IMG/VR virus record: IMGVR_UViG_3300020045_014567
Location: 1 to 33,442 of that record
Source: a virus
Lineage: Duplodnaviria; Caudoviricetes
Direction: 5' to 3' (one strand)
Length of the DNA stretch: 33,442 nucleotides
The notes below the pieces were generated by a model that was not told where the DNA came from, searched no databases, and was given only the letters and a program-made list of their open reading frames with translations. Below are positions 7,301-16,552 of the stretch, piece by piece (position 1 is the stretch's first letter; each line of letters opens with the position of its first letter). The translations under genes and the position numbers were made by a program.

Positions 7301-7767
7301 TATTTTTTCGCTTTACCTAGTAAATAATCTAGTCGACTCTGTTCATTCTTCTCTAACTTGCTAATATCATACACTGCGTCGCGCTCAATGATGGTTGTTC
7401 TCTTGTTATTTATTTCAATAGTATGATCAACTTTGTGAAGTCCTAAGAGCTTTTCTTTTAGCTTAAGAGCTTTCATTTTGCCTGCAGTATAACCAACTCC
7501 TTCGAAATACTTGTAGATCTGCTCGTAGATCATTATGTGGGAAGGAATGATCAAATCAGCTTGTTGCGCTGTGATTTTTGCGGCTTGATTCTTAGCTGAG
7601 AAGAACAATCCATTAAAAGAATAAGTGTCTGGTAGATCGTATTTGTCTGATAGATATTTTTCAATGTCTCGATACGATTCTCCTACAAGTATTTTCTCCA
7701 ATACTTCTGAAACTACTCTTCTTCTTTGTTCTGCGCTTTTGAAATACTCAACTTCAGCTTTAGCCAT
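7300..7767 (-). CDS. Hypothetical protein, possible terminase small subunit
   Basis: N-terminal HTH-like region, KALKLKEKLLGL helix and DISKL tail resemble TerS architecture; 155 aa. Confidence 0.35.
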   Translation of the reverse strand: MAKAEVEYFKSAEQRRRVVSEVLEKILVGESYRDIEKYLSDKYDLPDTYSFNGLFFSAKNQAAKITAQQADLIIPSHIMIYEQIYKYFEGVGYTAGKMKALKLKEKLLGLHKVDHTIEINNKRTTIIERDAVYDISKLEKNEQSRLDYLLGKAKK

Positions 7768-9212
7768 TACTCATCTAAATTAATATAAATCAACTCCTTT
7801 TTAGCTCTTGTTATTGCAACAAACAAAAGATTCTTTTCTTGAACCAATTCCCACCCTTTAGTTGCGAAAGGAGAAGGTATTGTTTTTGTTCCATTGAATT
7901 TATCGATTATAAATACGCGATCATTTTCAAGTCCTTTGCTTCGATGGATCGTCATCAGTCGTATCGCTTTTTTATCCTCTCTAAAGAGTTCTCTAATCGT
8001 TGCAGATAAATTGCCAGGATCATTCGATTGATGGATGATTAAGTGTAGAACTTCCACCTTATCGAGTAGAGCAAGGTATCTAGGATGAACAAGAGGATTG
8101 TGAAATTTTAATTTGATCAATTCTTCTCTTAAAGCTTCTTTTTGATCTTCAATACGAAGTAGAGTTCTTTCAACATCTGTTGTCTGAACCTTTCCTGCGA
8201 GATCAAGTAATCCAACCTCAATATCTTTGCCAATCACTGTTGATTTGATTCCTTTTCTCAATAGATAGAAGAATGCAAGTATAAGTGGAGCTGTTTTGCG
8301 ACATAGGACCATATCTCCAGCTTTTGCTTCTTCGAGATCGCCTCTTCGAACTATTCCATCGATAGCTCCTTCAAATGGTTGAATTGTATCAAATACTTTC
8401 TGAGCTTCTAATACTATGTTTTTAGCGCATCTATAACTGATTGAGAGTGGTAACTCTGTTGTGTTTGGTCTTGATTTCAATCGATCAAAAGAATCGATGG
8501 AACTTCCTGAAAATGAGTAGATTGACTGTTTTGAGTCTCCCACAGCCACTAATCTTCCATTCGATTTCAATATCTTTTCGATAAAAGTTCTCTGAGCGTT
8601 ATTCAAATCTTGCGCTTCATCTAGGAATACGAAATCGAATTGTTCATCAATCAATCTAGTTGTGGTTGCTGGTAGATAAATCATATCTGTGAAATCAATC
8701 ACTTTTAGATGCTTTTCTTGTTCGCCGAGAAACTTCATAGCTTTATGAATAATCTCAGGAGTCCACTCTAAACCGTAGTGATCGCACATTGTCGATAGAT
8801 CTGCAGCGTTCGGTAGAGTCAGTGTCATTCGAGCATAATTGATTACATCAGAAGTTTGGCCACAAATACGAAAGTTAGCTTTGATTCGCTCTTCAGGTTT
8901 TAGATCGTTGATGAGAATTTTGAACCATTTATCGTTATCGATCTTCACCCCTTTATATTGCTTCATAATCATTCTGCAGCCAAGAGAGTGAAGCGTAGAA
9001 GCTTTTACGTAGTCAGGTACTCGAGATTTGAGTTCATTTACGATTGTATTGCTAAATGAGAGAAATATGCTTTTCTTCATTCGTGGAATTAGCTTCAAAA
9101 CCTCCAGAATCGTTGAAGTTTTACCTGCACCTGCAGTCGCTTCAACACATATGTGGCTTTGAGTGTTTTGTATAGCTTTAAATATTTCGATTTGATATGG
9201 ACTAAAGTTCAT
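7767..9212 (-). CDS. UvrD/Rep-family SF1 helicase
   Basis: ATAGAGKT, DEAQD, VGDSKQSIY, SYRC, TIHRSKGLE, VAITRAK. Confidence 0.92.
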   Translation of the reverse strand: MNFSPYQIEIFKAIQNTQSHICVEATAGAGKTSTILEVLKLIPRMKKSIFLSFSNTIVNELKSRVPDYVKASTLHSLGCRMIMKQYKGVKIDNDKWFKILINDLKPEERIKANFRICGQTSDVINYARMTLTLPNAADLSTMCDHYGLEWTPEIIHKAMKFLGEQEKHLKVIDFTDMIYLPATTTRLIDEQFDFVFLDEAQDLNNAQRTFIEKILKSNGRLVAVGDSKQSIYSFSGSSIDSFDRLKSRPNTTELPLSISYRCAKNIVLEAQKVFDTIQPFEGAIDGIVRRGDLEEAKAGDMVLCRKTAPLILAFFYLLRKGIKSTVIGKDIEVGLLDLAGKVQTTDVERTLLRIEDQKEALREELIKLKFHNPLVHPRYLALLDKVEVLHLIIHQSNDPGNLSATIRELFREDKKAIRLMTIHRSKGLENDRVFIIDKFNGTKTIPSPFATKGWELVQEKNLLFVAITRAKKELIYINLDE

Positions 9213-9660
9213 TTTGCGATTCTTGTTTTAATTTTTGTTTAGCGAATCTTTCTTGATCGCGAAGAAACTCTTTGTGGTATTCTTCATCTTGTCGTTGACA
9301 CTCTTCAAGGTAACGTGGAGTTGCTTCAATAAGTATTTCTTCAATTTTGTGGAAATCAACCTTATAATAGTTTACTCTTGGCATACCTTCTTTTTTTACA
9401 TGAAGCAATCCATCAGCGATAAGCTGATTAGCAATACCTCTTTGTATTAAAGGTGAAATTCCCCAACTCTCTTCAATATCTGCTCTTTTCAACTGAAACC
9501 ATTCTTCTTGAACTCTTTCTGCTTCATTAATATACAATGTGAGAAAAAAAGCCTTCTTCATACCTAATTCTGAAGTAAGCACTTTAGAGATGTTTATATA
9601 AGTTGATTGAGTCAATGATTCTTTTATATTTTTCATTTCGAATGATCCCTCCTGTAACAA
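9202..9660 (-). CDS. Winged-helix protein resembling phage replication initiator N-domain
   Basis: EWF..R.DIEESWG...QR....L...GL...KKEGMPRVNYYKVDF; tandem paralog of 9633..10007. Confidence 0.55.
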   Translation of the reverse strand: MLQEGSFEMKNIKESLTQSTYINISKVLTSELGMKKAFFLTLYINEAERVQEEWFQLKRADIEESWGISPLIQRGIANQLIADGLLHVKKEGMPRVNYYKVDFHKIEEILIEATPRYLEECQRQDEEYHKEFLRDQERFAKQKLKQESQNEL

Positions 9661-10007
9661 TCGATTGCTTCATCCATAATTATTCCTAAGATGTGAAAAT
9701 CAATTTTAAAGTGATTAATTTTAAGAGCTCCCTTCTTTTGGTAATCAATGATACCAAGTTCCTTGAACTCTTTGATGATATCTCTTTGTAAACCAAAATG
9801 TACTCCCCATAGTTTCGATATTTCTTCTCTTCTATAGAAGAACCACTCTCCTTCAATAAGTTTTTTACCGTTTTCGTAAAGGAGATGTTTATCGACTAAA
9901 TCTGTGAGAGCAAAAGCTTTCATTACGCCGAAACGATGCACTAATGCTTTGTTTAGGATCCAAAAGCATTCTTGGGATAAGAGGTGTTTTACTGAATTCT
10001 CTTTCAT
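9633..10007 (-). CDS. Winged-helix protein resembling phage replication initiator N-domain
   Basis: LNKALVHRFG..KAF.L, EWFF.RREEI...WG, QR, GII...KKG...NHFKIDF. Confidence 0.55.
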   Translation of the reverse strand: MKENSVKHLLSQECFWILNKALVHRFGVMKAFALTDLVDKHLLYENGKKLIEGEWFFYRREEISKLWGVHFGLQRDIIKEFKELGIIDYQKKGALKINHFKIDFHILGIIMDEAIDCYRRDHSK

Positions 10008-10039
10008 ATTGGGAAGATACTTCTTTATTTAGTACAGAT

Positions 10040-10225
10040 AGTTTATTTTGACCCCATGAAAATAAAATAAATCATGGGCTCTAATTTATCCCGTGGATTG
10101 GGTTCGATTTGAGCCCGCTTAATAAGAACTAATTAGAAACAAGAACTAAAAGCAAGGAATAAGAGTTATAATATTATATTCCTTACAGTCATATAATATT
10201 AAATTGCGAACTGCGTTCGCGCCTT
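10040..10225. other. AT-rich, palindrome-dense non-coding region, candidate replication origin
   Basis: Four inverted repeats plus direct repeat AAGAACTAA at 10124 and 10141. Confidence 0.35.
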
Positions 10226-10243
10226 AATTTCAAAAACTACACA

Positions 10244-10855
10244 CTACCGTTTGTTTCTCTTCTTCACTTTTGGATTATTCATCCTTTGAGGAAAATGTTT
10301 ACGGTCATAAGGTTTCACTTCTTTTGGAGGAAAGTATTCTGAAGCATACGAAGTCAATTTAAAATCCTCATCTTTGAAGTTAGGAGCAGGCATAACTATT
10401 TCCGGTCTACGAGTGAATTCGTATACTTCAGATAATCCTTTGAGAGCTTCAGGGAGACCGTCGCCAACTCCAACGATAGAGATACCTCTTTCTTTAGCTT
10501 TTAACATCATTTCTTGAAGATGAAATTCTCCATTAATTCTTCCACTTCCACAAAACACTACTCTTGGACCGTGACCAACTATACCGACTCCAGCTTGTTC
10601 TCCGAATTCCTTTTCTAGATCCTTATGTATTCCGTCGAAGAATCCTTGACAATGAACTGATTCAATAGGGCTTGGTCCAAAATGCTCTACAAAAGCTCCA
10701 ACTGACCGAGAAGCTTCTTCTCGCTTGAATTCTGCGAACCAATATTCTTTTGCTTGTTGCGATTTAGCTCCATCTATGAAAGCTATCTTACTGGATACGT
10801 TAGTCGATCCTTCGTACATTTCTGCTGCGATTTTTATGTTTTCATTCAAATCCAT
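10244..10855 (-). CDS. Hypothetical protein
   Basis: 203-aa ORF in operon orientation. Confidence 0.7.
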   Translation of the reverse strand: MDLNENIKIAAEMYEGSTNVSSKIAFIDGAKSQQAKEYWFAEFKREEASRSVGAFVEHFGPSPIESVHCQGFFDGIHKDLEKEFGEQAGVGIVGHGPRVVFCGSGRINGEFHLQEMMLKAKERGISIVGVGDGLPEALKGLSEVYEFTRRPEIVMPAPNFKDEDFKLTSYASEYFPPKEVKPYDRKHFPQRMNNPKVKKRNKR

Positions 10856-10857
10856 GA

Positions 10858-11253
10858 TTACCAGAGTTTAAGTGACATTCCTGTCGGTTTACGTAAATTA
10901 CAAAGGTCTTCAATCTTACCGGATTCGTACTTCTTCACTCGACTCTCAGCACTTTTCCAATTGAGAGCTTCAAAGTAGATGTTTCTAGTATCAACGTTGA
11001 TTGATTTATGTCTGTAATCAAAGACGGTGAAATCTTTTTCTTCAGTGATCACCATTTGAGCAGTTCCTTTTTCAACTTCCTTCTCAATTACCTCAGCGAT
11101 TACTTCTGTCTCAGGATTGTAGAACCATAGTTTTAAACCTGGTGTGCGGAGAAACGTATCAATCAACTTGTATTCCATTTTCTCTTGTTCTACATGCTCC
11201 ATTTGGTTGACAGCAATGTGATTCTGATCTGTTTTGTCGTTTAGTATATTCAT
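10858..11253 (-). CDS. Hypothetical protein
   Basis: 131-aa ORF, tightly packed with neighbours. Confidence 0.7.
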   Translation of the reverse strand: MNILNDKTDQNHIAVNQMEHVEQEKMEYKLIDTFLRTPGLKLWFYNPETEVIAEVIEKEVEKGTAQMVITEEKDFTVFDYRHKSINVDTRNIYFEALNWKSAESRVKKYESGKIEDLCNLRKPTGMSLKLW

Positions 11254-11254
11254 A

Positions 11255-11407
11255 TTATTTCTTATTTCTTAAAAAGTCAACGATATCCATTACTATAAAC
11301 ATTATTAATAAGCCAGCACTAAATTCAATAGTTGTCTCAGACGGACAATAAGCTGGGTTGATACAAGTTGCTATTAATATAGCGCCACAAAATATAGCTG
11401 ATCTCAT
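11255..11407 (-). CDS. 50-aa membrane protein (not in ORF track)
   Basis: MRSAIFCGAILIATC...GLLIMFIVMDIVDFLRNKK fills the gap exactly; two hydrophobic segments. Confidence 0.65.
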   Translation of the reverse strand: MRSAIFCGAILIATCINPAYCPSETTIEFSAGLLIMFIVMDIVDFLRNKK

Positions 11408-11411
11408 AACA

Positions 11412-12011
11412 CTATTCTTTTACTTCGGGAGTTACACCCATTTGTTGACGACAACGTTGAATTTCACTGTGATAAGCTTTCTCAAAGCCTGCAGCAATAA
11501 GCTGATCGTTCAGTTCTTTAGGTTTGATTGAGTGCTTCAAGCGAATCAAGCGACGCATCAAATCAGATTTAGTCATCTCTTTACCGTTTTCATCAGTATA
11601 GAGTTTTTTCTCATGTTTACCAGACTTTTTGGCAACTTTTGCTTTCTTTTCTTTAATAGGTTTTGTTATCATTTTCTCTACCTCTTCAAGTTTCTCAGGA
11701 GTAGGAATTTCATCGATGACATCGATGATGATTGATTCAACCTCACAAGCTGCGAAGAACTCAGGTGAACCTTCTATATTTGCAGGGAAATCTTTGCGGA
11801 GTTGAGCGTCAATCTCAGGAGTGATCACTTCTTCGACAATTTTTGCAGCTTTCTTCGCAAGAATTGAATCAATATCTACATGACGTTTTTTAAGGAGAGA
11901 TATAGCGTACTCAAGTTCTTCACCTTCGAATTTACCAAGCTGAACTCTAACTGTAAGCGCTGATGTACCGATTTTTGAAATCTTTTTTTGATCTTCTTTA
12001 GTTAATGACAT
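11412..12011 (-). CDS. Lys-rich protein with C-terminal domain shared with 23008..23622
   Basis: TKSD...KEL...L..AG..KAYHSEI. Confidence 0.7.
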   Translation of the reverse strand: MSLTKEDQKKISKIGTSALTVRVQLGKFEGEELEYAISLLKKRHVDIDSILAKKAAKIVEEVITPEIDAQLRKDFPANIEGSPEFFAACEVESIIIDVIDEIPTPEKLEEVEKMITKPIKEKKAKVAKKSGKHEKKLYTDENGKEMTKSDLMRRLIRLKHSIKPKELNDQLIAAGFEKAYHSEIQRCRQQMGVTPEVKE

Positions 12012-12047
12012 AAGATGTGACTTACCGTGATGTCGAGGGCTGAGTAT

Positions 12048-12263
12048 TTATTTAAAGAATTTATTGATTACTGTATAATGAAGACCTTCAGTTAAGTATT
12101 GAAAGTTTTCAGATCTCTTGATAGATTGAGGAGTTTTGATTTTATCAACGAAAGTTGACTTGTGTAGATTCTTATCTACGAATTCAGCGACTTCATTGAA
12201 CAGTATCGAAGGTAGTGTTCCTGAGTGATCTGATTGCGCTTCTATGACTTTGGTGAGGTTCAT
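12048..12263 (-). CDS. Hypothetical protein
   Basis: 71-aa ORF whose start overlaps the upstream stop. Confidence 0.6.
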   Translation of the reverse strand: MNLTKVIEAQSDHSGTLPSILFNEVAEFVDKNLHKSTFVDKIKTPQSIKRSENFQYLTEGLHYTVINKFFK

Positions 12264-12559
12264 TATTCTTCGTCTTCTTCGTTACTAATCATATGATTTT
12301 CGTTTCCCCACGCTACAAGAAGATCTTTCACTTTTTGAGGAATTGGGCGATTGTTTCGTATTTCGAAAGTTGGAATATCTATAATTGGACGACCACTACC
12401 TTTGCAGAATTCAACCGTATCATAATAATGATCTCCAAACTCTAAATGTGTTTCTTTTTCTCGATGAAGCTCTATGAACGAGTCTTCTTGTAAAAGAGTT
12501 TCGATTTCTTTGAGTTTATCACAGTTTTTTGCAATTCTAAGTCTAAAAGTAGTTGCCAT
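12263..12559 (-). CDS. Hypothetical protein
   Basis: 98-aa ORF, first after the promoter motif, AATCGA upstream. Confidence 0.7.
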   Translation of the reverse strand: MATTFRLRIAKNCDKLKEIETLLQEDSFIELHREKETHLEFGDHYYDTVEFCKGSGRPIIDIPTFEIRNNRPIPQKVKDLLVAWGNENHMISNEEDEE

Positions 12560-12607
12560 AATATCGATTTTTATAAGTGAATAATATTGTTGTTTTAATT
12601 ATGTCCT

Positions 12608-12648
12608 AAAGATACCCCTACCCATAACACGAAGCAACAAACGTATGT
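12608..12648 (-). promoter_or_regulatory. Phage promoter motif copy 2
   Basis: Minus strand ACATACGTTTGTTGCT-N17-GTATCTTT. Confidence 0.7.
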
Positions 12649-12688
12649 GATATTTTTCACTTATAGGTGTCTTTTTAAGATCTATTAA

Positions 12689-13195
12689 CTATTCTGCACC
12701 TAATTCAGCTCTCAAGATCTTGAAGTATCGATAAATCAACCTTTCATTCACTCTATTCAGATTGATTCCGTAATCAAGAATTTTATACTGAATTGCTCCA
12801 TTAACCTCAACCTTACCTATGTTTCGATAAATAAATTCTCTTTCAGTAATGAGTTTCGAAAGCTTGAGTCTATGGTAAGAGTTCAAAGAGTTGAATTCTT
12901 CTTGAGTCAATCTTTGAACTCTTTCTGCAATTAAAACTAACCCTCCAAAGTTCTCGAAAACTTCGCAAAGATATTGTTGGTTTTCTTGACCATTGATAAG
13001 ATCAATAGTTGTAGCTTCCCAAATGAGTGCTTCATTATAATTTGAGGCTACTCCAGCAATAAATCTTCTCCATGAGAGAAAGATCGGAATCTTCACAACA
13101 ACTTTAGAGAACATAAAGCAAATACGAGTACTACCGATTTTTATTTGCATTAGATTTTCTTTTTTGAATGTTTCTATTGATTTCATTAATAACAA
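12689..13195 (-). CDS. Minimal protein-kinase-like protein, possibly degenerate
   Basis: GSTR, VVKIP, NxxE, NIG, ILDYG. True start probably the internal MQIKIG. Confidence 0.45.
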   Translation of the reverse strand: MLLMKSIETFKKENLMQIKIGSTRICFMFSKVVVKIPIFLSWRRFIAGVASNYNEALIWEATTIDLINGQENQQYLCEVFENFGGLVLIAERVQRLTQEEFNSLNSYHRLKLSKLITEREFIYRNIGKVEVNGAIQYKILDYGINLNRVNERLIYRYFKILRAELGAE

Positions 13196-13257
13196 AAATA
13201 GCGATCACAATAGTTATAGCTGCAACAGCTATAATCAACGGAACATATTCAATTAAA

Positions 13258-13560
13258 TTAGCTTTCATGATACTTAGGTTTGAATTTAAAATATAGTTTA
13301 TCTTCGAGAATTTCTTGCGACTCCATTCCACTTCCTGCATTCTGAGTCACTATTTTGTTTTTAACTTTGAAAGTAGAACAGTAACATACTTGATTCACTA
13401 TCTTGTACAACGTATAAAGGATAGATTCATCGTCTTGAGTGATTGTTCTTAGTCCACAACAATCATTTTGATTTAACTGTAGAACTTGTGTTTCTTGTAA
13501 AGTGTTTACAAGTGTAACAGTTTTCTTCAGGATCGTTGTGGAGTAGAGTTCGTTATTCAT
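13258..13560 (-). CDS. Hypothetical protein
   Basis: 100-aa ORF with ATGA overlap. Confidence 0.55.
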   Translation of the reverse strand: MNNELYSTTILKKTVTLVNTLQETQVLQLNQNDCCGLRTITQDDESILYTLYKIVNQVCYCSTFKVKNKIVTQNAGSGMESQEILEDKLYFKFKPKYHES

Positions 13561-13772
13561 TTTGAATCTTCAATAATGAGTTGATTATTAGCTATATCTT
13601 GAGAGACGTCGAAGTGACATTGATCTTCTTCTTTCAAGACAGTGAAAAGCACAATTATATTCGCAACTACACCTCGAAGAGAAACCGTTTTACATACGGT
13701 TGTAGCAATAAATTGAATCAAATACTCACCTTTCAAGTGAGTTGCAATCGGAACAACAATAGCGTTTCTCAT
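13557..13772 (-). CDS. Hypothetical protein
   Basis: 71-aa ORF abutting the upstream stop. Confidence 0.55.
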   Translation of the reverse strand: MRNAIVVPIATHLKGEYLIQFIATTVCKTVSLRGVVANIIVLFTVLKEEDQCHFDVSQDIANNQLIIEDSK

Positions 13773-14408
13773 TTACTTGAATTTTACAATATGACGTTGA
13801 AGATGAGCAATAAGAGTTTCTGCTGATTCAAAAAGCTGGTTAAGAGGAATATCTTTTAGGATAACCTTTTCAGTTTCGTTTCGAGAAGGTATTTGAGCAT
13901 CAAAAAGTAAAACTTTCTCGTTATCAGGATTATATCTCTTCCCAACGATTCTACCCTCAATGATTTGACAATCTAACAAAACAAACATGCGATCGTCAAG
14001 ATGAGGAATAATGCGTTTAATGAAGGTTGCAGGCATAATCTCGACTTTCTCTTCTTTACAGCGAAGCGGCTTAGAGTCAGAGGATTTGCGAGAGTCTTGA
14101 TAAGTTTTAACATCTGCGCGATATTGCAAAATAATATGAACAGCAAGATAAGAATGAGTACATGTTACTGAGTCTGTTTGGTCAATTCGATACTTCATTC
14201 CAGATTTTTCGCCCTCAGAAAAGAATAATCCTTTCTCACGAAGTACTTTAGCTATAGCTGTAGAATATCGACGATCTACACCATACTCTTCACAAATTTT
14301 ACTGATCGGATAATCTTTAGCGTTCACCCATTTGCTTGTGGCGAGAGTGAAAATTTTACTCACTACTTTAGTAAGATTTTCTTGGAGATTTGTGTTTCTT
14401 TTTGCCAT
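13773..14408 (-). CDS. Hypothetical protein, possible N-terminal winged helix
   Basis: 211-aa ORF; ISKICEEYGVDRRYSTAIAKVLREKGL is wHTH-like. Confidence 0.65.
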   Translation of the reverse strand: MAKRNTNLQENLTKVVSKIFTLATSKWVNAKDYPISKICEEYGVDRRYSTAIAKVLREKGLFFSEGEKSGMKYRIDQTDSVTCTHSYLAVHIILQYRADVKTYQDSRKSSDSKPLRCKEEKVEIMPATFIKRIIPHLDDRMFVLLDCQIIEGRIVGKRYNPDNEKVLLFDAQIPSRNETEKVILKDIPLNQLFESAETLIAHLQRHIVKFK

Positions 14409-14423
14409 GATGATTGAATTTAT

Positions 14424-14445
14424 TCCTCCCGAGAAATCGGGAGGA
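14424..14445. other. Intergenic 9-bp hairpin
   Basis: TCCTCCCGA-GAAA-TCGGGAGGA; no U-tract on the coding strand. Confidence 0.6.
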
Positions 14446-14453
14446 GATTAGCG

Positions 14454-14759
14454 TTATAATTGAATTTTATTTTTCTTACAGTAAGAGTGGAGGTTGTCGA
14501 GAGTGAGTTGTTCTCTATTACCGAATTGGTTACGAGACCGTTTCGATTCAAGATCTAATTTAGCTTGATTAACTTCTTGTCTAATATCAACAACGAACAC
14601 TTCACTATGACCGAAGTCAACAGTTATTGGAGTAGGGTGTCTCTCGTGATCGAAGATTGAGAGAGAAATTTGTTGAGAGAGTACATCAACAACATTGAAA
14701 CATAATCCATTGTACTTTGCGTAAGCTGATTTCTTGTTTACATTCACGATTGCTTTCAT
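14454..14759 (-). CDS. Hypothetical protein
   Basis: 101-aa ORF, first after the promoter motif, AATCGC upstream. Confidence 0.7.
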   Translation of the reverse strand: MKAIVNVNKKSAYAKYNGLCFNVVDVLSQQISLSIFDHERHPTPITVDFGHSEVFVVDIRQEVNQAKLDLESKRSRNQFGNREQLTLDNLHSYCKKNKIQL

Positions 14760-14810
14760 AAGGCGATTGTTTTTATTAAGTGAGTTGTTATTGTTGTTCT
14801 AAGACGTCGG

Positions 14811-14851
14811 AAAGATACGACCTCTTTCTACAGTAAGCAACAAAAGTATGT
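14811..14851 (-). promoter_or_regulatory. Phage promoter motif copy 3
   Basis: Minus strand ACATACTTTTGTTGCT-N17-GTATCTTT. Confidence 0.7.
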
Positions 14852-14890
14852 TTTATTTTACCGAAAAGGTGAAAATAATTCTTAAACACA

Positions 14891-14918
14891 GAAAAACCCC
14901 GCTTCACAGCGAGGTTTC
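14891..14918 (-). terminator. Intrinsic terminator
   Basis: Minus strand GAAACCTCGCT-GTGA-AGCGGGGTTTTTC downstream of the recombination operon. Confidence 0.75.
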
Positions 14919-14948
14919 CCTTAACCAAAAATTAACTTATGAAAAAAT

Positions 14949-15263
14949 TTAATCTTTATTATTTCTATTTTTGCTTTTAAAGTAACGCTGATCTTTACCA
15001 CTCAAGGTAGGCAGAACTTCGTCTTTAAAGTGTTTTCTACTTCTTTTCGTGCGATCTGCTTTAATCTGCTCTTTCGTCATTTTAGTGCCGATTCTGAAGG
15101 TTTCTACCACTGGTGCATCGTAGATATTTTCAAATATGAGAGTTTCTCCGCAGTCACACTTATGTGTTGCTGTTTCTAATTCAGAAGTCCAAACGTAGTG
15201 TTTTGTTATCGAACCGCATTTAGTACATTTGTACTCTTGGCGGTACATTGAGTCATTAGCCAT
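14949..15263 (-). CDS. Zinc-ribbon protein with basic tail
   Basis: YKCTKCG...CDCG. Confidence 0.7.
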   Translation of the reverse strand: MANDSMYRQEYKCTKCGSITKHYVWTSELETATHKCDCGETLIFENIYDAPVVETFRIGTKMTKEQIKADRTKRSRKHFKDEVLPTLSGKDQRYFKSKNRNNKD

Positions 15264-15264
15264 G

Positions 15265-15795
15265 TTAAAAATTTAGTTTACAGTGACGAGCTAATAAGAT
15301 TGCGTCAATCATGCCATCGTGTGGCTTCTTAGCTCTTTCTCCAAAAGTTAGTTTCTGATTCGGATATAATCGTTTTACCGCTAGCAGCGCCATAGCTTTA
15401 GTATCGAGTCCACCTTGTCTTCCAAGAGCTTGTTGCTTAGCGGAAGCTGGTTTTCGAATTTCACCTATGCCTTCGAAAGCGTCTTTTTGCCACTTCTTCG
15501 GCATCACTTTAGTGTACGGAATACTATAAGCTGCAAGAACTCCTTCAATAATTCCAAGACCTCTACCAAAGTCGAATGTAGCTCCTGCAGCAACTTGGAA
15601 GAGTGCATGAAGATCCTCTAATACAACATGAATATCATACTCTTCCGACGTATATTTTAGAAAGATATTCGCAATAGCATGAATGTCGTACTCTTTATTG
15701 ACAACTGGCATAGGGAAGGTTTCAAGAAGATCGCCATTAAATATGACGATGCTTCCGTTTTTCCCAACGTCTAAGCCACAACGTATTTTAATCAT
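15265..15795 (-). CDS. RuvC-like Holliday junction resolvase
   Basis: GLDVGKNG, VLED, FDFGRGLG, PKKWQK, HDGMIDAILLA; start taken at MIKIRC. Confidence 0.8.
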   Translation of the reverse strand: MIKIRCGLDVGKNGSIVIFNGDLLETFPMPVVNKEYDIHAIANIFLKYTSEEYDIHVVLEDLHALFQVAAGATFDFGRGLGIIEGVLAAYSIPYTKVMPKKWQKDAFEGIGEIRKPASAKQQALGRQGGLDTKAMALLAVKRLYPNQKLTFGERAKKPHDGMIDAILLARHCKLNF

Positions 15796-16099
15796 TTTCG
15801 ACAATCCTCCAATCTTCTGCAAGTGTATCTTCAACTGAAGGCGACCATCCTTTAATGGATAAATGAGGTCCTACTATTGCAAGTTGATCGCGATAGCTGA
15901 TTGCAGCGTAATCTTCAAAATCGAATTTCTTCTGAAAGAAATCTTTAACTGACTGCGGCAAAGATTGTATTTTAGGAACTACCTCTTTAGGTATTTGCGA
16001 CTTAACTTGCATAAACACAAAAGTGTCTTTGGTTGGGAATGAGGTCCGTTGGACCATTTTACCATCTTTTAAGGCTTCAATTGCTTCTCCGAAATTCAT
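15788..16099 (-). CDS. tad2: DUF2829 / Tad2-like anti-defence sponge protein
   Basis: MNFGEAIEALKDGKMVQR...WSPSVEDTLAEDW. Confidence 0.7.
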   Translation of the reverse strand: MNFGEAIEALKDGKMVQRTSFPTKDTFVFMQVKSQIPKEVVPKIQSLPQSVKDFFQKKFDFEDYAAISYRDQLAIVGPHLSIKGWSPSVEDTLAEDWRIVEND

Positions 16100-16101
16100 A
16101 T

Positions 16102-16449
16102 TTATTTCTTTTTAATTATTAAATGTTTCGTTAACTCTCTCATATCTTCAAGGTGGAGTTGAGTCGCTTCTAACTTACCTTTCAAAAGGTTTTCGCTTTC
16201 TGTTTTGATATTCATCTCTGAACCTAAATCGATGAAAGCTTTCACTAATTCATCTGCCATTCTAAGAGGCAAGACTAAGAAAGGTTTGATGTTTTGTAGA
16301 AATTCAGCTTCATTTAGACAAGTTACCGAGACAGATTGGTCTTCAGAATTATAAGAAAAATTCTCTCTGATCATATTGTTGCGAGATCCTCCTAAGAGAT
16401 AAATGAATGCTTTATTGTTAGCGTAATCGCGTTGAATTGATACTTCCAT
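16102..16449 (-). CDS. Hypothetical protein
   Basis: 115-aa ORF with C-terminal GKLEATQLHLEDMR. Confidence 0.7.
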   Translation of the reverse strand: MEVSIQRDYANNKAFIYLLGGSRNNMIRENFSYNSEDQSVSVTCLNEAEFLQNIKPFLVLPLRMADELVKAFIDLGSEMNIKTESENLLKGKLEATQLHLEDMRELTKHLIIKKK

Positions 16450-16552
16450 GTTGATTTTATTTATGTTCCGTGATAATAATCTGTATCGTAAAAGCTACCA
16501 TCTGGACGCATTTTATTGTCATCATCGTCACAATCTGGATAGTTTCTACTCA

